A DNA stretch of 61,723 nt, filler included, from Jimgerdemannia flammicorona (lineage: Eukaryota), in NCBI GenBank assembly GCA_003990765.1. It is 3 parts of 3 records of this genome, joined end to end, with 100 filler letters (N's around TTAATTAATTAA, not from the genome) between each part and the next. Parts side by side here need not be neighbours in the genome. Positions count along the whole stretch, not along the records: positions 20,613 to 41,118 come from RBNJ01001667.1; 2 more parts are not named here. One strand, written 5' to 3'. Every line of letters begins with the position of its first letter. The first letter of the stretch is position 1. Below are positions 26,332 to 38,409 of the stretch, one piece after another. The notes under the pieces were generated by a model. The model ran no database searches. It saw only the letters and a list, made by a program, of their open reading frames with translations, and was not told where the DNA came from. Made by a program: the position numbers and the translations under genes.

Positions 26332-29300
26332 CATCCCTTTCACCAGTAACATTCAGGTGACACAAGACTCAGACAATACTTTTTACAATGTTTTTAGTAT
26401 CTGACGACTAACAACATGGACAGCAATGATTGAGCTGGTGAGTGTACTGGCCAGGGGGGTAATGGTGCCTTTGGCTGACAGCAGGTGGAGAGGAGGGGAG
26501 ATGGTTTGGAGATACCAGGGGCCTCAATGGCTAGCTGAGGCCCTGGTGGCAGAGGGAGGGGCAGTCTGAGGCAGAGAGGAGGGGAGAGGTCAACCTTTGC
26601 TGACAAGGTCAGAATGGAGAAGATGGCTTCTGGGCTAGATAGTTGGCTGGGCCTGGGGAAGGTATCGATGGCTATTGCTGGGAGTCTGGGAGGTGCACCC
26701 AGGGGTACTTCTGATGATAGGGAAGGGGCCGGGGTAGGGGCTGGAGATGTGACTGTTGATGGGGCTGTGACTGGGGATCTGGCAAAAAATCCAGATGTGA
26801 CGGCAGTTAGCAATTTGGGACTTGGAGTGGGCATGAGGCCCGGGGACCTGGCTGATGGGGTGACAGGCATGGTGTCAGCCCCATTACTCAAGAAGTCGAG
26901 GTCAGAATTCATGGTCATGATGTGCTTCTGGGGCTTGGCAGTAACGGTAAGGATGATTTTGGGGCTGGTGGCACAGGAGGCTAAGGGAGCAGCGTTGGTG
27001 AAGTTCTTGAGGGGAAAGAAAGGAGTTGAGGTGGGGTTTAAGGAGGAAGACACCTTGTTGGCAGCCATGGAGAAGGGGGTGATGGTTGGCAGAGTTGTGG
27101 TCCCTATGGCCCAGTGCATACACTGGGACCCCCGAGTGGTGCAGTTGACAGTGTTGGACCTCCCGACTGTGTCAAAGGAAAGGACCAGGGAGTTAGTTGT
27201 GGAGGCAGTCAAGGAGTATGGTGAGATTGTAGATATTGGGTTCAAAGTCTAGGAGGGTATGGAGCTTAGGACTAGAGATGTCAATGTCAGGGTGAGGTTG
27301 GCTGGGAAGGAGAATACAGGGAAGTCGAGGGACTGGCTGGCGGCACTGAGGTGGAGACCAGTGGAGTGTAAAGTCACCAGGGTAAAGGGGACTCCGGAGG
27401 AGGAGGAGGACCTGTTGGAGGCTCTGGAGGACCTGGAAGAGGCAGTGGCGAGGAGGAGATTGGCCTGGAAGGAGTTTGAAGCCAGGACGGTGGTGGGGGA
27501 GGTAGATGGGAAGAGGACCCAGATGGAGAAGGGGGCCTGGGAAAAGATGCAGGGGAGGAGGATCCAGAAAGAGCTGTTGGCGAAGTTGGGTGGGGGTGGG
27601 GCTGGTGGAAGCTCAGGGGAGGGAGTTGCAGGATCGCGGGAGAGTGCCTGGGCTGAGGGGGGAGAGATGGCCCAGGGCAGAGATCAGATGGGAGGTGGGG
27701 AGGAGAGGGAGGGCAATTTGGAGGTGGATGCCAAAATGGGTGAGGGTGTGCACCCTCAGTATAGTGTTCCAGATGGGGCAGAGGGAGAGGAGGAGCTGAT
27801 AGATATGCTGGATGAGGAGTGGGATGAGTCAGTGAGAAGGAGTGCGCTGGTGGACCCCGAGGTAGATAGAGGACAAATCGCTCAGGGGGTGGCAGAGGCA
27901 GTGGATGAGGAGAAGTGGATATGGAAGACCTTAGAAGGGGTAGCAGCTGAAGAGCTGGGGGGTGAGGACTTCAGGGTGTTGGAGGAGAAGCATTGGGAGG
28001 AGATCCTACAGGGGGAGGAGGTGCCAAGGAAGATGAGAAATGAGATCCTGGTGGTCCTCTTGGAGTTGGTTGAGTATCAGGTTGATGATCAGTGGGAGGA
28101 GGAACTTAGGAGGATTGTGAGTGACAGAGCGACTTTCTTATAGAATTCAAGGAAGGGACTGGAGAAGTGGTGTGCTGTCTGCTTGGACTATAGGGCTGAT
28201 ATGGAGGAAGTGGACAGAGTGGAATGTCAGGAAATCTTGGGAGCACTGGATGCTCAGGATAATGCAGAGGTTGAATTAGAAGCTGAGCGGTACTTGGATC
28301 TGGCAGAGGATGAGATGAGCATAGAACTATAGGTTGGGGCCTCTATTGCAACATTTCTTCAATATGAATAGTACAATTAGGATTTTCTCATTGAACATTA
28401 ATGGGCTATAGGAGTCGGCTAGGAGGAAGTATATATTTGGTTGGCTTAAGAGACTGGATGTGGACCTCTTCTTACTGCAGGATGTTTGTTATGAGGCAGA
28501 TGTGGACTTGCAGGATTGGACTAAGGAATGGGGGGGCGCAGCAGTTTGGAGGGGGAAAGTGTGTATTCTTGTTCGGAAAGGGATGGGGGACATTGGGAAC
28601 ATTGGACATTGGGGGTCTCAGGTAGTGTGAGGAGTGTGGAAGAGGCCTGGATGGGGCTTACTGATGGTCAGGTTCTGTTACTGTCCAGCTGAGAGAGGGG
28701 AGAGGGTGGAATAGATCTGCAGATTGAAAGAGGCTGATGTGTTGGGAGAAGTTGGGTTAGACTGCATGGGGGGTGACTTCAACATGGTACAGGATAAGGA
28801 GCTGGACAGAACTGATGGAGGGAGAGGTGTGCGGAGTGAAAGTGGTAGATTGGGTGACTGGTTAGAGATGGAGAGATTGTGTTCTCTAGTTGACTCAGGA
28901 AGGTATTTTTGGGCGGATCAGAGGATATACACCCACTGGGTGGTGGGACTGGGCTCCAGGATTGACTGGGTTCTAATGGCAGAGTGTTGGGGAACAGATG
29001 TCTGGTCAGCACTGGAAGTCGTATGATATCCATGGTCTGATCACTGGGGGCTGCTTAGAGGGGAGAGGTTTGGGGAAAATGAGAATGAGCCTGGATATTG
29101 GCGACTGAATTCTTCCCTGTTGGAGGATAGGGTGTTGTGGGAGGGATGGGAATCAGAGGTGGTTGGAAATATAGGCAGGTGGTGGAAACAAGGACTGGAG
29201 ATTGGGGACTGCTGGAGAAGGCTGAAGGCGAAGGCTCAGGAGTATTGGAGGGAAGTAGGGAAAGGGAAGTGTGCCCAGCAAAGGCGGTGGGTGCTGTGGG

Positions 29301-31917
29301 CCTCATGGCATCTGACAGCACTCATGGAGAGATGGGCAGGTGTGCTGGAGGATGGGGCCATGACTGATTGGCATATTGCGAGGATTCAGCAGAAGGTGGA
29401 GGAGCTCAAAGGGGTACTATGCAGGGAGGAGGAGGAGCAGTTGCAGGGAATGGTGGCCCACCTGCGGTGGCAGGGGCTTGAGGAGGGGGAGAGGCCTACC
29501 AGATTCTTGTCACAGTTGTTACAAGCACAATGAATGAGGCAGTGGTGGGAGGGAGTTTTGGATGAGAATGGCGAGCTGGTGGTAGAGACTCTGGTGATTC
29601 TGAACTTACTGCGAACCTGGTGGGAGAATCTTTGGAGTGAGGAGGATGGGGGATTGGATGCCCTGAACATTGAAAGACAGCTGGGGGATTGGCACCCAGA
29701 CCCTGTGATGGGACTTGGGACATTGGGGGACCCAGTGAGTCTCTTTGCTCTTTAAGGACAAGAGTAGGCGAGAGGACTGGAAGAACTGGTGGCCAATTAT
29801 GCTTCTCGACATGGACTGCAAATTGGTAATGAAAATCTTGGTGATGAGATTGCAAGGCATCACTCAGCAAGTTCTTAGTGTAGAGCAACGTGGGTTTGTC
29901 GGGGGTTGGTTGATTCGAGATGGGACAGCCTGGGTTCATAGAGTGATTGAAGGTGCCCGGATGACAGGGGTGGATGGCAGATTGGTGTTTCTGGACCAAG
30001 AGAAGGCTTATGATAGAGTGCAGAGAATATGGCTGGAGGGAGTGCTGAAGCAGATTGGCATCCCGCCAGAGGTCTGAAGATCATTAATCAGCCTCTTGGA
30101 GGATAGTCAGGCAGCATTGGTCATCAATGGTCACTGGGGGGTGACCTTTTCCCTGGGATGTGGGGTACCACAAGGGGACCCCTTGTCACCTATATTGTAT
30201 GCTCTTTCTCTGGAGCCACTACTGGACAGGATTTGGTATAAGATTGGAGGCTTGGACATTTTAGGGGTGAACTGGAAGGTGGGGGCCTTTGCTGATGATA
30301 TGGTGGTCGGGCTGGGCTCCTTGGGAGATGTGGGAGAGTTACCGAGGACTGTGGAATGGTATGAGCAGGGTTCTGGTGCTAAACTGAACTGGCACAAATG
30401 TGAGATGCTGGTGCTGGGTGCTGGAATTATTGGTGGTGATGTTATTGGGATGGTGGTGCTGGCAGGTGAACCAGTGTACTACTTGGAGATCTACTTCTTG
30501 GTGTTTAGATCTCTTCTTCCCTAGGCATGGTGGGACCATAAACTTCTAGAGTAGAGTAATGTCTTGCTGAGATGGGGAGGCCGGCATATGTCCCTTGCTG
30601 GAAGGGTGATGGTGTTGAATGTGTACTGGATGCCAAAGCTGTAGTATGTTGAATATCATTTGGATTTCCTGCCCTGGGTGGTTAAGGAGCTATTGAAGAT
30701 GGTGAGGTCATGGATCTGGAGAGGGCGGCGAAGCCAGGTTGGTTGGGAGGTGCTCACACTGCCCTTGGAAAGAGGTGGGCTGGGCCTGGTAGACTTTACT
30801 AAGTGGCTTCTATACATATCTGAGAGCCTGGTAGCTATGAAGGGTGAGCGAGCTCAGGAGGTGGGAGTGGGTACCACTCATGCAGAGATTGTGGGAGGTT
30901 CGGTACTCCCCATATGGTGGCTCCGGGGATCTGCTTGCGATGGTGGCCATGGAAGGGAGCAGGAAGATACAGTTTACAGGCTTTTGGTAGGGGGTGGTGG
31001 ATGGTGCTAAGAAGATTGGACTTCAGTGGCAAGGTGATGAAGCCAAGGAGGTTTGGGGACCATGGATGTGGCAGTGGGACAGGCTTCTATTGAGTGGGGT
31101 CCTGGTGGAGGACTTTCAGCTTGGCGAGGGCCTGGAGTGTCTGTGAGGCCTAGGGGGGGACCTGTGGCCAGAAGCCTGGCAGAGGGTTGGAATTGGGGAG
31201 GAGTAGGATTGAAATGGACTCTGGCTTTGGAGCAAATGGGTGCAGCAGTGGCTGCCCCCCAAGTTCTGGGTGGTGTGGTGGTGGGTCCTGCAGTGGAATG
31301 TGATATTGAACTATCAGTCTGAACACTTGGTGGATGGTGGGGTATTCAAGTGCAAGGATTGTTTCAATGTTGGCCAGGAGGGAGGAGTGATACAAATGCC
31401 TGAACATTGGCTTGGTGAATGCGAGGTTTTGGGGGAGTTTTGGAGAGGTATTATGGACAGGGTAGGGCTGAGTACCAGGGAGGGAGAAGAAGGGGAGAGA
31501 TGGGGAGAGCTCCGCCGGCGACTGGTGGGTGGAGTTGGAGACGAATGGCTGACCCTTAGTTGGGCTTTGGCTATGTGGGTTGGACTGGCTGGGCATTTGG
31601 TTTATGTATTTGAGGAAGGGCATTAGGTTGGGGTTAGTGACAAGATGGCCTGGTGGGAATGGTTGATGTTGGATATTTTGAATAGCTGGTGGCGGGGTTG
31701 GGGGATGGGTGGGGGGTACCGCAGGGATCTGGTGCAGTGTATTGCCCAGAAGAGTGGTGGGAGGGTTTGGGTAGTGGGTAATTGAGTGGTGCTCAGGCAG
31801 GGAGAGGATGAGGGGGGGGGTTTGGGCCCCCGGGGCATTGGTTGAGGATAGGGGTGACATTGTATTGTTTACATTATAGACTTTGGTAATAAAGGGCAGT
31901 CCAAGAGACTATAAAAG
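26332..31917 (+). mobile_element. Full-length decayed L1/Tx1-like LINE copy B
   Basis: 17-bp TSD AGAAACACTAATCTCAA at 26315-26331 and 31918-31934; ORF1 about 26416-28331; ORF2 from about 28363 with GGDFN, RIDWVL, SDH, DQEKAYDRV, PQGDPLSP, FADD; short A tail. Confidence 0.95.
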
Positions 31918-32187
31918 AGAAACACTAATCTCAAATTCTGGTATGACATATCAGCTAGGAACACTTTGTGCCCTTATTTGGCTATCTGGGTTATTTATAC
32001 AAGTTGACACAGTAGGGCAGTCTTGGTTGCCTAGTGTACTTGATATGGTATATGGCTAAATTATAGTGACTAATTTGGATGGTAACTTGGTACGTTTTTC
32101 TGCTGGCTTGTCACATACTCAAAGAGATTAAGGTTCTAGCCTGGTACATATGTGTATCTAGTCAACTTTTGGTGTTACAACAGATAA

Positions 32188-32490
32188 TAGGGAAACCCGA
32201 CCTGGAAAATGGCCGACCCGGCGCATACCCGACTTGACCCGACTTCGTATATAGTGCCGTCTTTGAACCTCGACGATTTCATTGGAGGCCCGATTCTATT
32301 TCGAAAATTTACTCGACGAAAACATGTCTAAATTTAATTATCCCCGTTGTATTCGTCTAATAAGGCGAACCCAACAAGTTAAAAAAGTACATCAAAATTA
32401 TCGATTTTCATCAAGTAAGAGAATTTCAAAGTTTGATTTAAATTTCAATCGACAGATTCGGGTTCAAGGTTTAAAGTGCTGCAGGATCGG
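32188..32490. mobile_element. Probable hAT-like MITE remnant
   Basis: TAGGG start, ACCCGAC subterminal repeats, internal imperfect palindrome resembling the other MITEs. Confidence 0.45.
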
Positions 32491-32630
32491 TTATTTTTGT
32501 TTGGTTGGCTCCATTGTGTCCAGTTATATGCTTGGGGACCGGCAGTCACAAAAACTTGGTCACGTAGTGCGGTTTATAGATTGGTCGCACTGTATTCAGG
32601 TGGAGCTCGAATTTGCTCTAGGTTGTGCCA

Positions 32631-32717
32631 ATCCCTCCTGCTATAATACACCAACGTGACGACGAGGTCCGACTCTTCAAACTTGGGCCACAGATTGAGT
32701 GAAAAGTGGAGCTCGGC
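32631..32717 (-). pseudogene. Inverted fragment of the cis-prenyltransferase 3' coding end
   Basis: Ungapped match to 38305-38391, 74/87 identical by manual count; AELHFSLNLWPKFEESDLVVTLVYYSRRD. Confidence 0.9.
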
Positions 32718-32797
32718 TTTTCTCTAGATTGTTGTCAATTTGCACCCAGATATATATATATTAGATCAGCCAGATGTCCCGTGCGATTTTTGTGATG

Positions 32798-32888
32798 CTA
32801 TTTGTCACTTCCCAAGTCGAATATCCCTTCTGCCAGTGCGGTGACGCGACACTTTAAACTCGGGCCCAGCTTCCATGAAATTTGGAGC
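32798..32888 (-). pseudogene. Second inverted fragment of the cis-prenyltransferase 3' end, including the stop codon
   Basis: Ends RDIRLGK*, followed by CAAATAG as in the gene; contains small deletions. Confidence 0.88.
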
Positions 32889-33266
32889 CCAGCTTTGCTC
32901 TAGACTGTGATTGTCAATTTGTATACAGATATTTAGGTCAGCCAGATATCCCGTGCGATTTTCGTGAGGGGATTTCAGCAGAACAATGGTTAGGTTGATT
33001 TTGGTAGTTCTAAGATAGTGGTTGGTGGTAGTTCTGAGATAATTGCTTGTAAAATTCTGGAGAGCGATCATCTCAGAACTATCATTATCTTAGAACTACT
33101 GATTGTCAATTTGTATCCACGGTAGGTCAGCCACACAGTAACACGATAGTTACAATAGGTATGATGGATGTATACACACTTCGCCATTGTGCCATTCAAT
33201 AAAAGTATCACGAAGTTGAACAGCTCAGCAACAGCAAAAAAAGCCGATCCGCTGCATCTTTGTCAT

Positions 33267-36020
33267 TGTTGAGATTTCTGTCATTCCAACTCGACATGTA
33301 TGTATATTATAACAGTATTAATATGTGAGAGATCCTTTGTAATCATCATATACAAGTATCTACATCATACTGATTTTATTTAAAATTGCAACTATTCAAT
33401 CTATAGATGAAACTCAAGAAAATTATCTTGACTATATTAATGATTTGATGAATTAGGTGAATTCTCTAAGTATATTGATAGATTATATTACAGATGAAGA
33501 TAAGGTCCTAGTACTTACAAGAGGCCTTCCCAAAGTATATAATATCATTATTATAGCTATATATAAGAGCAACAGGCTTATAGACTATATTTGTATAATA
33601 ATAAGCCTTATTAATAAAGAAATATACTAAGAAAATATATATATAATATTAAAGATGATGAGAAAGCCTTCTACAGCTCTTATAAGTATACATATATATA
33701 GTGCTCTCAAACAAATTGAATTGAGAGTTATTTGAATTGAATCAAATTGGGGATTTTTCAATTTTAATCAAGTTCAAATCAAATTGAATTCAAATTGAAT
33801 TGAGGGTCCAATTTAAATCCTATTTTTTGAAATATAATAACTTGACAAATATATATTCAAATTTAATGATCTTTAGCCTGTTAGATTCCCCTATATGTAT
33901 AAGAGGAATCAAACAAGCTAAAGATTATTAAATTTAGATATTTATTTACTAAGTTATTATATTTTGAAAAAATAGAGTTTGAATTGGACCTCTAATTGAA
34001 TCAAATTGAATTTGGGTCAAATTTAATTTAATTCAATTTATTGAAAGTACTACATATGTAGCAGTACTCAAAATAAATAATCAGAAGTAAATTTGTCAAT
34101 AGATTACTAATATATATATATATTCTGATAATAGTTTTTATAAAGATTATATAGTAAATTATATAAGCTTCCTAGTACTTATTTGAAGTATATATCTGAT
34201 ATTCTTAATTTAATCTACTCGGATATCTATAGATCTATATATATATCATTATACTCTAGGAAGAGATACTTTATTATATTTATTGATAACTATATATATA
34301 TATATTAGGTTATATTTTAGTTATTTAGAGTTATTGAGAGGCTTAAGACTATCTAGATTAGATATTGAAACTATACTCAACTGAAACTAAGAACTGATAT
34401 AGTAACACAATTAAGGTCTGTAGACTTGAGTAATAGAATATTAGAGGTCTTCTTCTACTCTATATATAAGTTCTTCACTCACTTTATCAGAGAGAACCAG
34501 ATCCTATCCACTGTACTATATCTTTTAGAAGAGTTTTTCTTTACCTATTGCTCTATTTAGAGTAGCAGAAGCTTTGTTATCTGGTTCTGATATAGTCTTA
34601 TATTATGTTGGAGTTTCAGATATATACTTTTAGTCATTAATATATAGTTATTTTTTCTCTAATACATATTAGAGAGAGTATGGTATACAGAATGAGATAT
34701 AGACTTTTTAGCCTTACTACATATATCTAGTATGATAGAGTTGTTGAATAATAATAAGTCTAATTAATAGAGATATAGTATTTGGGAGAGAGGTGAAAGA
34801 GGATTTTGACCTATATAGTCTAGGGTTTTATCTAATAAAAATATATATATACTATATATCTATTTCAATCAACTTATATTCAAGCTATCTTAGAGAGATT
34901 CAATATAAGTAAATATATATAAGCCCATTAGTACTTTAATAGATATATCTTTAAAATTAAAAAAAAAAAAAAAACCTAAAACTAATAATACTATATCTAT
35001 TAAAGATAATATTAATATTTTCTATTAATAAGTAGTCAGTTTGCTTATTTATCTTATACTTGAGATCTATCTAGACATCTTTTTATAATAATATAATAGT
35101 ATAATATTCCTCTTATTATAATAACTTATATTAGATTACTACATATTAAGAAAATTTTCAGATATTTAAAGAGATCAATATATATATATACTATACTCAT
35201 ATTAAGCAGAAACATCAGATTGAGTAAGAGCAATGATAATGATATATAATTGTCTAACATATATATATAATGTTAACTAAACTGGAGACTTGGATAACTG
35301 CTAATTTATAACTAAGTATTTCTTTTATATAGATAGTAAAAATAGAGCTATTTTATAGAAATATATATAAGTAGAGTTCTGTAGTAATATTATTAATATA
35401 ATCAGAGTACTAAGTATTGTTAACTATAGTAAAGAAAACCATCTGGCTATATCAACTATTAAAAGAGCTTAACTTTACTTAAGAATAATATTCTATACTT
35501 ATTTATTAAATAATTAGTCTATAATTACTATAGTAAAAAATTCAAATACTATAACAGAACTAGGTATATAGATGTATAGTACTATTTTATATAAGAATGT
35601 ATCAAAAACAGTACTATATAATTATATATCTATAATATATCTCTATAGAGTATATATAATTATAAATTTACTAACTAAGACTCTTTCAAAATTGAAGTTT
35701 AGATAATATATTCAAGAAATAGATATTATAATCTTATAACCTCTATGTTAGCATCTGATTAAGTTTAGTAGATATCACAGAACATTTACCATATCTTTTT
35801 TTGATTACACTTCTATATTATATATTTTTATTATATTTTTATTTTTATATTCTATATTTTTACTAAGTTTTCTATACTTTAAGAGTTTTTCTTTAGTTAG
35901 TATATAGTTATTATAGTTAATTAGTTAATTAATTAGTTCTAATGCATTTTGCAGTTCTTCTTTTTTTTTTTTTTAATGTACATATCTCGTTGAGCAGGAG
36001 TGTTGAGATTTCTGTCATTA
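33267..36020 (+). mobile_element. Second, internally deleted and decayed Copia element (3' LTR end uncertain, possibly to about 36150)
   Basis: Identical TGTTGAGATTTCTGTCATT at 33267 and 36001, the latter preceded by purine-rich GAGCAGGAG; gag homologous to about 11080-11440; integrase and RNaseH remnants. Confidence 0.75.
33699..34052. mobile_element. hAT-type MITE (same family as 23440-23729)
   Basis: TAGTGCT...AGTACTA ends; TSD CATATATA/CATATGTA. Confidence 0.85.
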
Positions 36021-36173
36021 TGTATGCACGTGACCTTAAGCCATATGTATACGTCATCAGAGAACGTCTTCAGGGATACGTCACCAATCAGTGCTATCGG
36101 TTCACACTTACACATTATCAATAAAATATAAAATGCGACCTCTTTCACCGAATTCGTATAAACTACTTGCTTA

Positions 36174-38409
36174 ATGGTCGCCAAACACTGTACAAGCCGC
36201 ACCCTCGAAGCGTCACTAACCATGGAGTTCAAGTTTCGTTGGTGGTTCGCCCGAATCTATCCTCACATTATTGCTCTCAGTCTCCTCCATGCTGCTGTCC
36301 CCCTGCTCTCCAATTCCATTCCTGCATGGATTGCTTACTTGCCTTCGAGGCTGGCCCTCTTCTCTTTGCTGCTGAGAGCCATTTCGTTTGGCTTCTACCT
36401 CCTCGACAACGACTCCACCGCTTCACATCACAGGAGAAACATTGGCATCGCCACCTTTTTTTCGACCTATATCGCATTGGTCCTTCAGCTCCGGCATCCC
36501 CTCGTGGCTGCCGGCGTCCGCCGCCATGGCCGAATATCTATGAGACGCTTACTCCGGACGATTCTCTTTCTCGATGTATACATATATGGGTCCCAAAAAG
36601 ACCAAGAAAAGGTGGTGGAATGGTTGCGCGGGGTTCACAGGCGCGTCGAAGGGACCGTTCTCCGATCCGAACTTGTCAAAGACGATCAAGACGCGGCCGC
36701 AAATGCGGGAGACCTCGACCTTATCGGCGCGAAATATGGCTTCACGGAGGACCTACAAATTTGGGTGTTGGCCACCACAGGTACGTGGACCGTGCTACAA
36801 TGATTTCTCCTTTCTCAAATGGCACCTAATCTTAATTCTTTCGCTCTTATAGCCTATAGCTATGTCTGGTACCACCAATACCTCGGTCGTCCGCTTTCCG
36901 AACACCGTCGAAACGAGTATTGCTCCATGCTTATGATGATCGCCCACCGTTTAGGGGTTCCCGCCGAACGCCTCCCGCTGTCTTACGAAGCCATGGAGGA
37001 ACTGATTCACCAAAATATCGCGCGATATCCTTGTACGGCTGGCTTATCTGAGATGCTTGCGGGTATCGAGGTCAATATACCCCCCCTAATTTCCATGGTC
37101 TTCAAACATAGTTTCCTGTTCAGCCAGATACATGACGTTACCGTCTCTCAGTCCTCTGGCTTTGTTGGGCGGGCGTGGTTCCATCTCCTTGTCGCAGCTT
37201 ACCAGTTTATTTACGACATTGCACCTATGATCAGCGTCTCCGGCATTATTCTCCTCATGACCTTCCTTGAGCCAAAACTACAAGCAACACTGGACCAAAC
37301 TTTCTGCGAGATTGGTGCGTCTCCTGATGACCCTCGCCCAATTGAGGCACTTACGAACGAAGCGGGGGATTACACGAAGGTTCTGCAATGGTTCCTCGCC
37401 CGGGGTCGCCTCAGCGACCTCGATTATTGGGTCCTTAAGCGCGTCAACCGTGTCGACCTCGAAGCGCCCTTAGCCATCACGATACAGTTCTGGGCTGCTA
37501 TTATCCGAGGCTATTACAGGGTAACCAGCGATGCAGTTTCGGGTGCATTTGCGGACGCCCGTCTGCGTCTCGCCGAGCGCCGCCTGGCGAATATCCCAGC
37601 AGATACCCTTCCCGTTCATATGGGTATCGTCATGGACGGAAATCGACGGTGGGCTCGCGTCCGCGGCATGGAAATAATTCACGGCCATGTAAAAGGTGCG
37701 TGGAAGTTATTGGAAGTCTTGGGATGGTGGATGGAACATCATCGAGGCAATTTAAAGTATATGACATTCTGGACATTTTCGACGGACAACTTTAACCGCC
37801 CCGAATCTGAGGTAAGGCCTGGATATTCTTGCTCGACTATGATTTGGAGACGTTGTGTCTGGCGTGAAATTAATCAATTTTTCCTTGTTTCTCACCCTTG
37901 TGCAGGTCAACGGGCTTATGAGACTGTTGGCGAGCGAGCTCGGAGGTCTCTTGTACAATTCGTATATACATTTTTTTAAGATACGCGTTGTGGTGATCGG
38001 GGACCGCTCGCGCCTGGCCCAATCTCTCGTTGACATCATAGAGGAGGTCGAATGTGCCACGGCCAAATACGACAGCTTTTTTTGGCAGATCGCTGTGGCC
38101 TACGGTGGCCAGGATGAGATTGTCACGTCGGTCAACGCTACCCTCAAAGCAAACCATTCCTCGGCCACTCTGGCGATGCTCAGCGCCAATGAAATCTCGC
38201 GGTATACGTACAACGGTCGATTGGGATACCCAAGAGTCAATATCATCCTGCGCACAGGTGGAGACCATCGCACATCGGGGTTTCTGCTCTGGGATTCGCA
38301 GTATGCCGAGCTCAAATTTTCAAGCAAGCTGTGGCCCGAGTTTGAAGAGTCGGACTTCGTCGCCGCGCTGGTGGATTATAGCAAAAGGGATATTCGGCTT
38401 GGGAAATGA
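36174..38409 (+). CDS. MpaB/Lcp-like (DUF2236) oxygenase domain fused to a cis-prenyltransferase; exons 36174-36780, 36853-37811, 37906-38409 (689 aa; alternative ATG at 36222)
   Basis: N-domain ALVLQLRHPLVAAGV..H..RRLLRT...VHRRVEG...LQIWVLATT...RLGVP..LP; C-domain HMGIVMDGNRRWAR, FSTDNFNRP, AYGGQDEI, ILRTGGDHRTSGFLLW, LWPEF, terminal RLGK; GT-AG introns 36781-36852 and 37812-37905 keep the frame; normal CpG content, no stops. Confidence 0.92.

Noticed and set aside
32282..32659. 125-aa ORF
   Set aside because: Non-ATG start, spans a MITE remnant and an inverted gene fragment, no motifs
36167..36829. Overlapping alternative-frame ORFs around the host gene
   Set aside because: No motifs; shadows of the GC-richer real CDS
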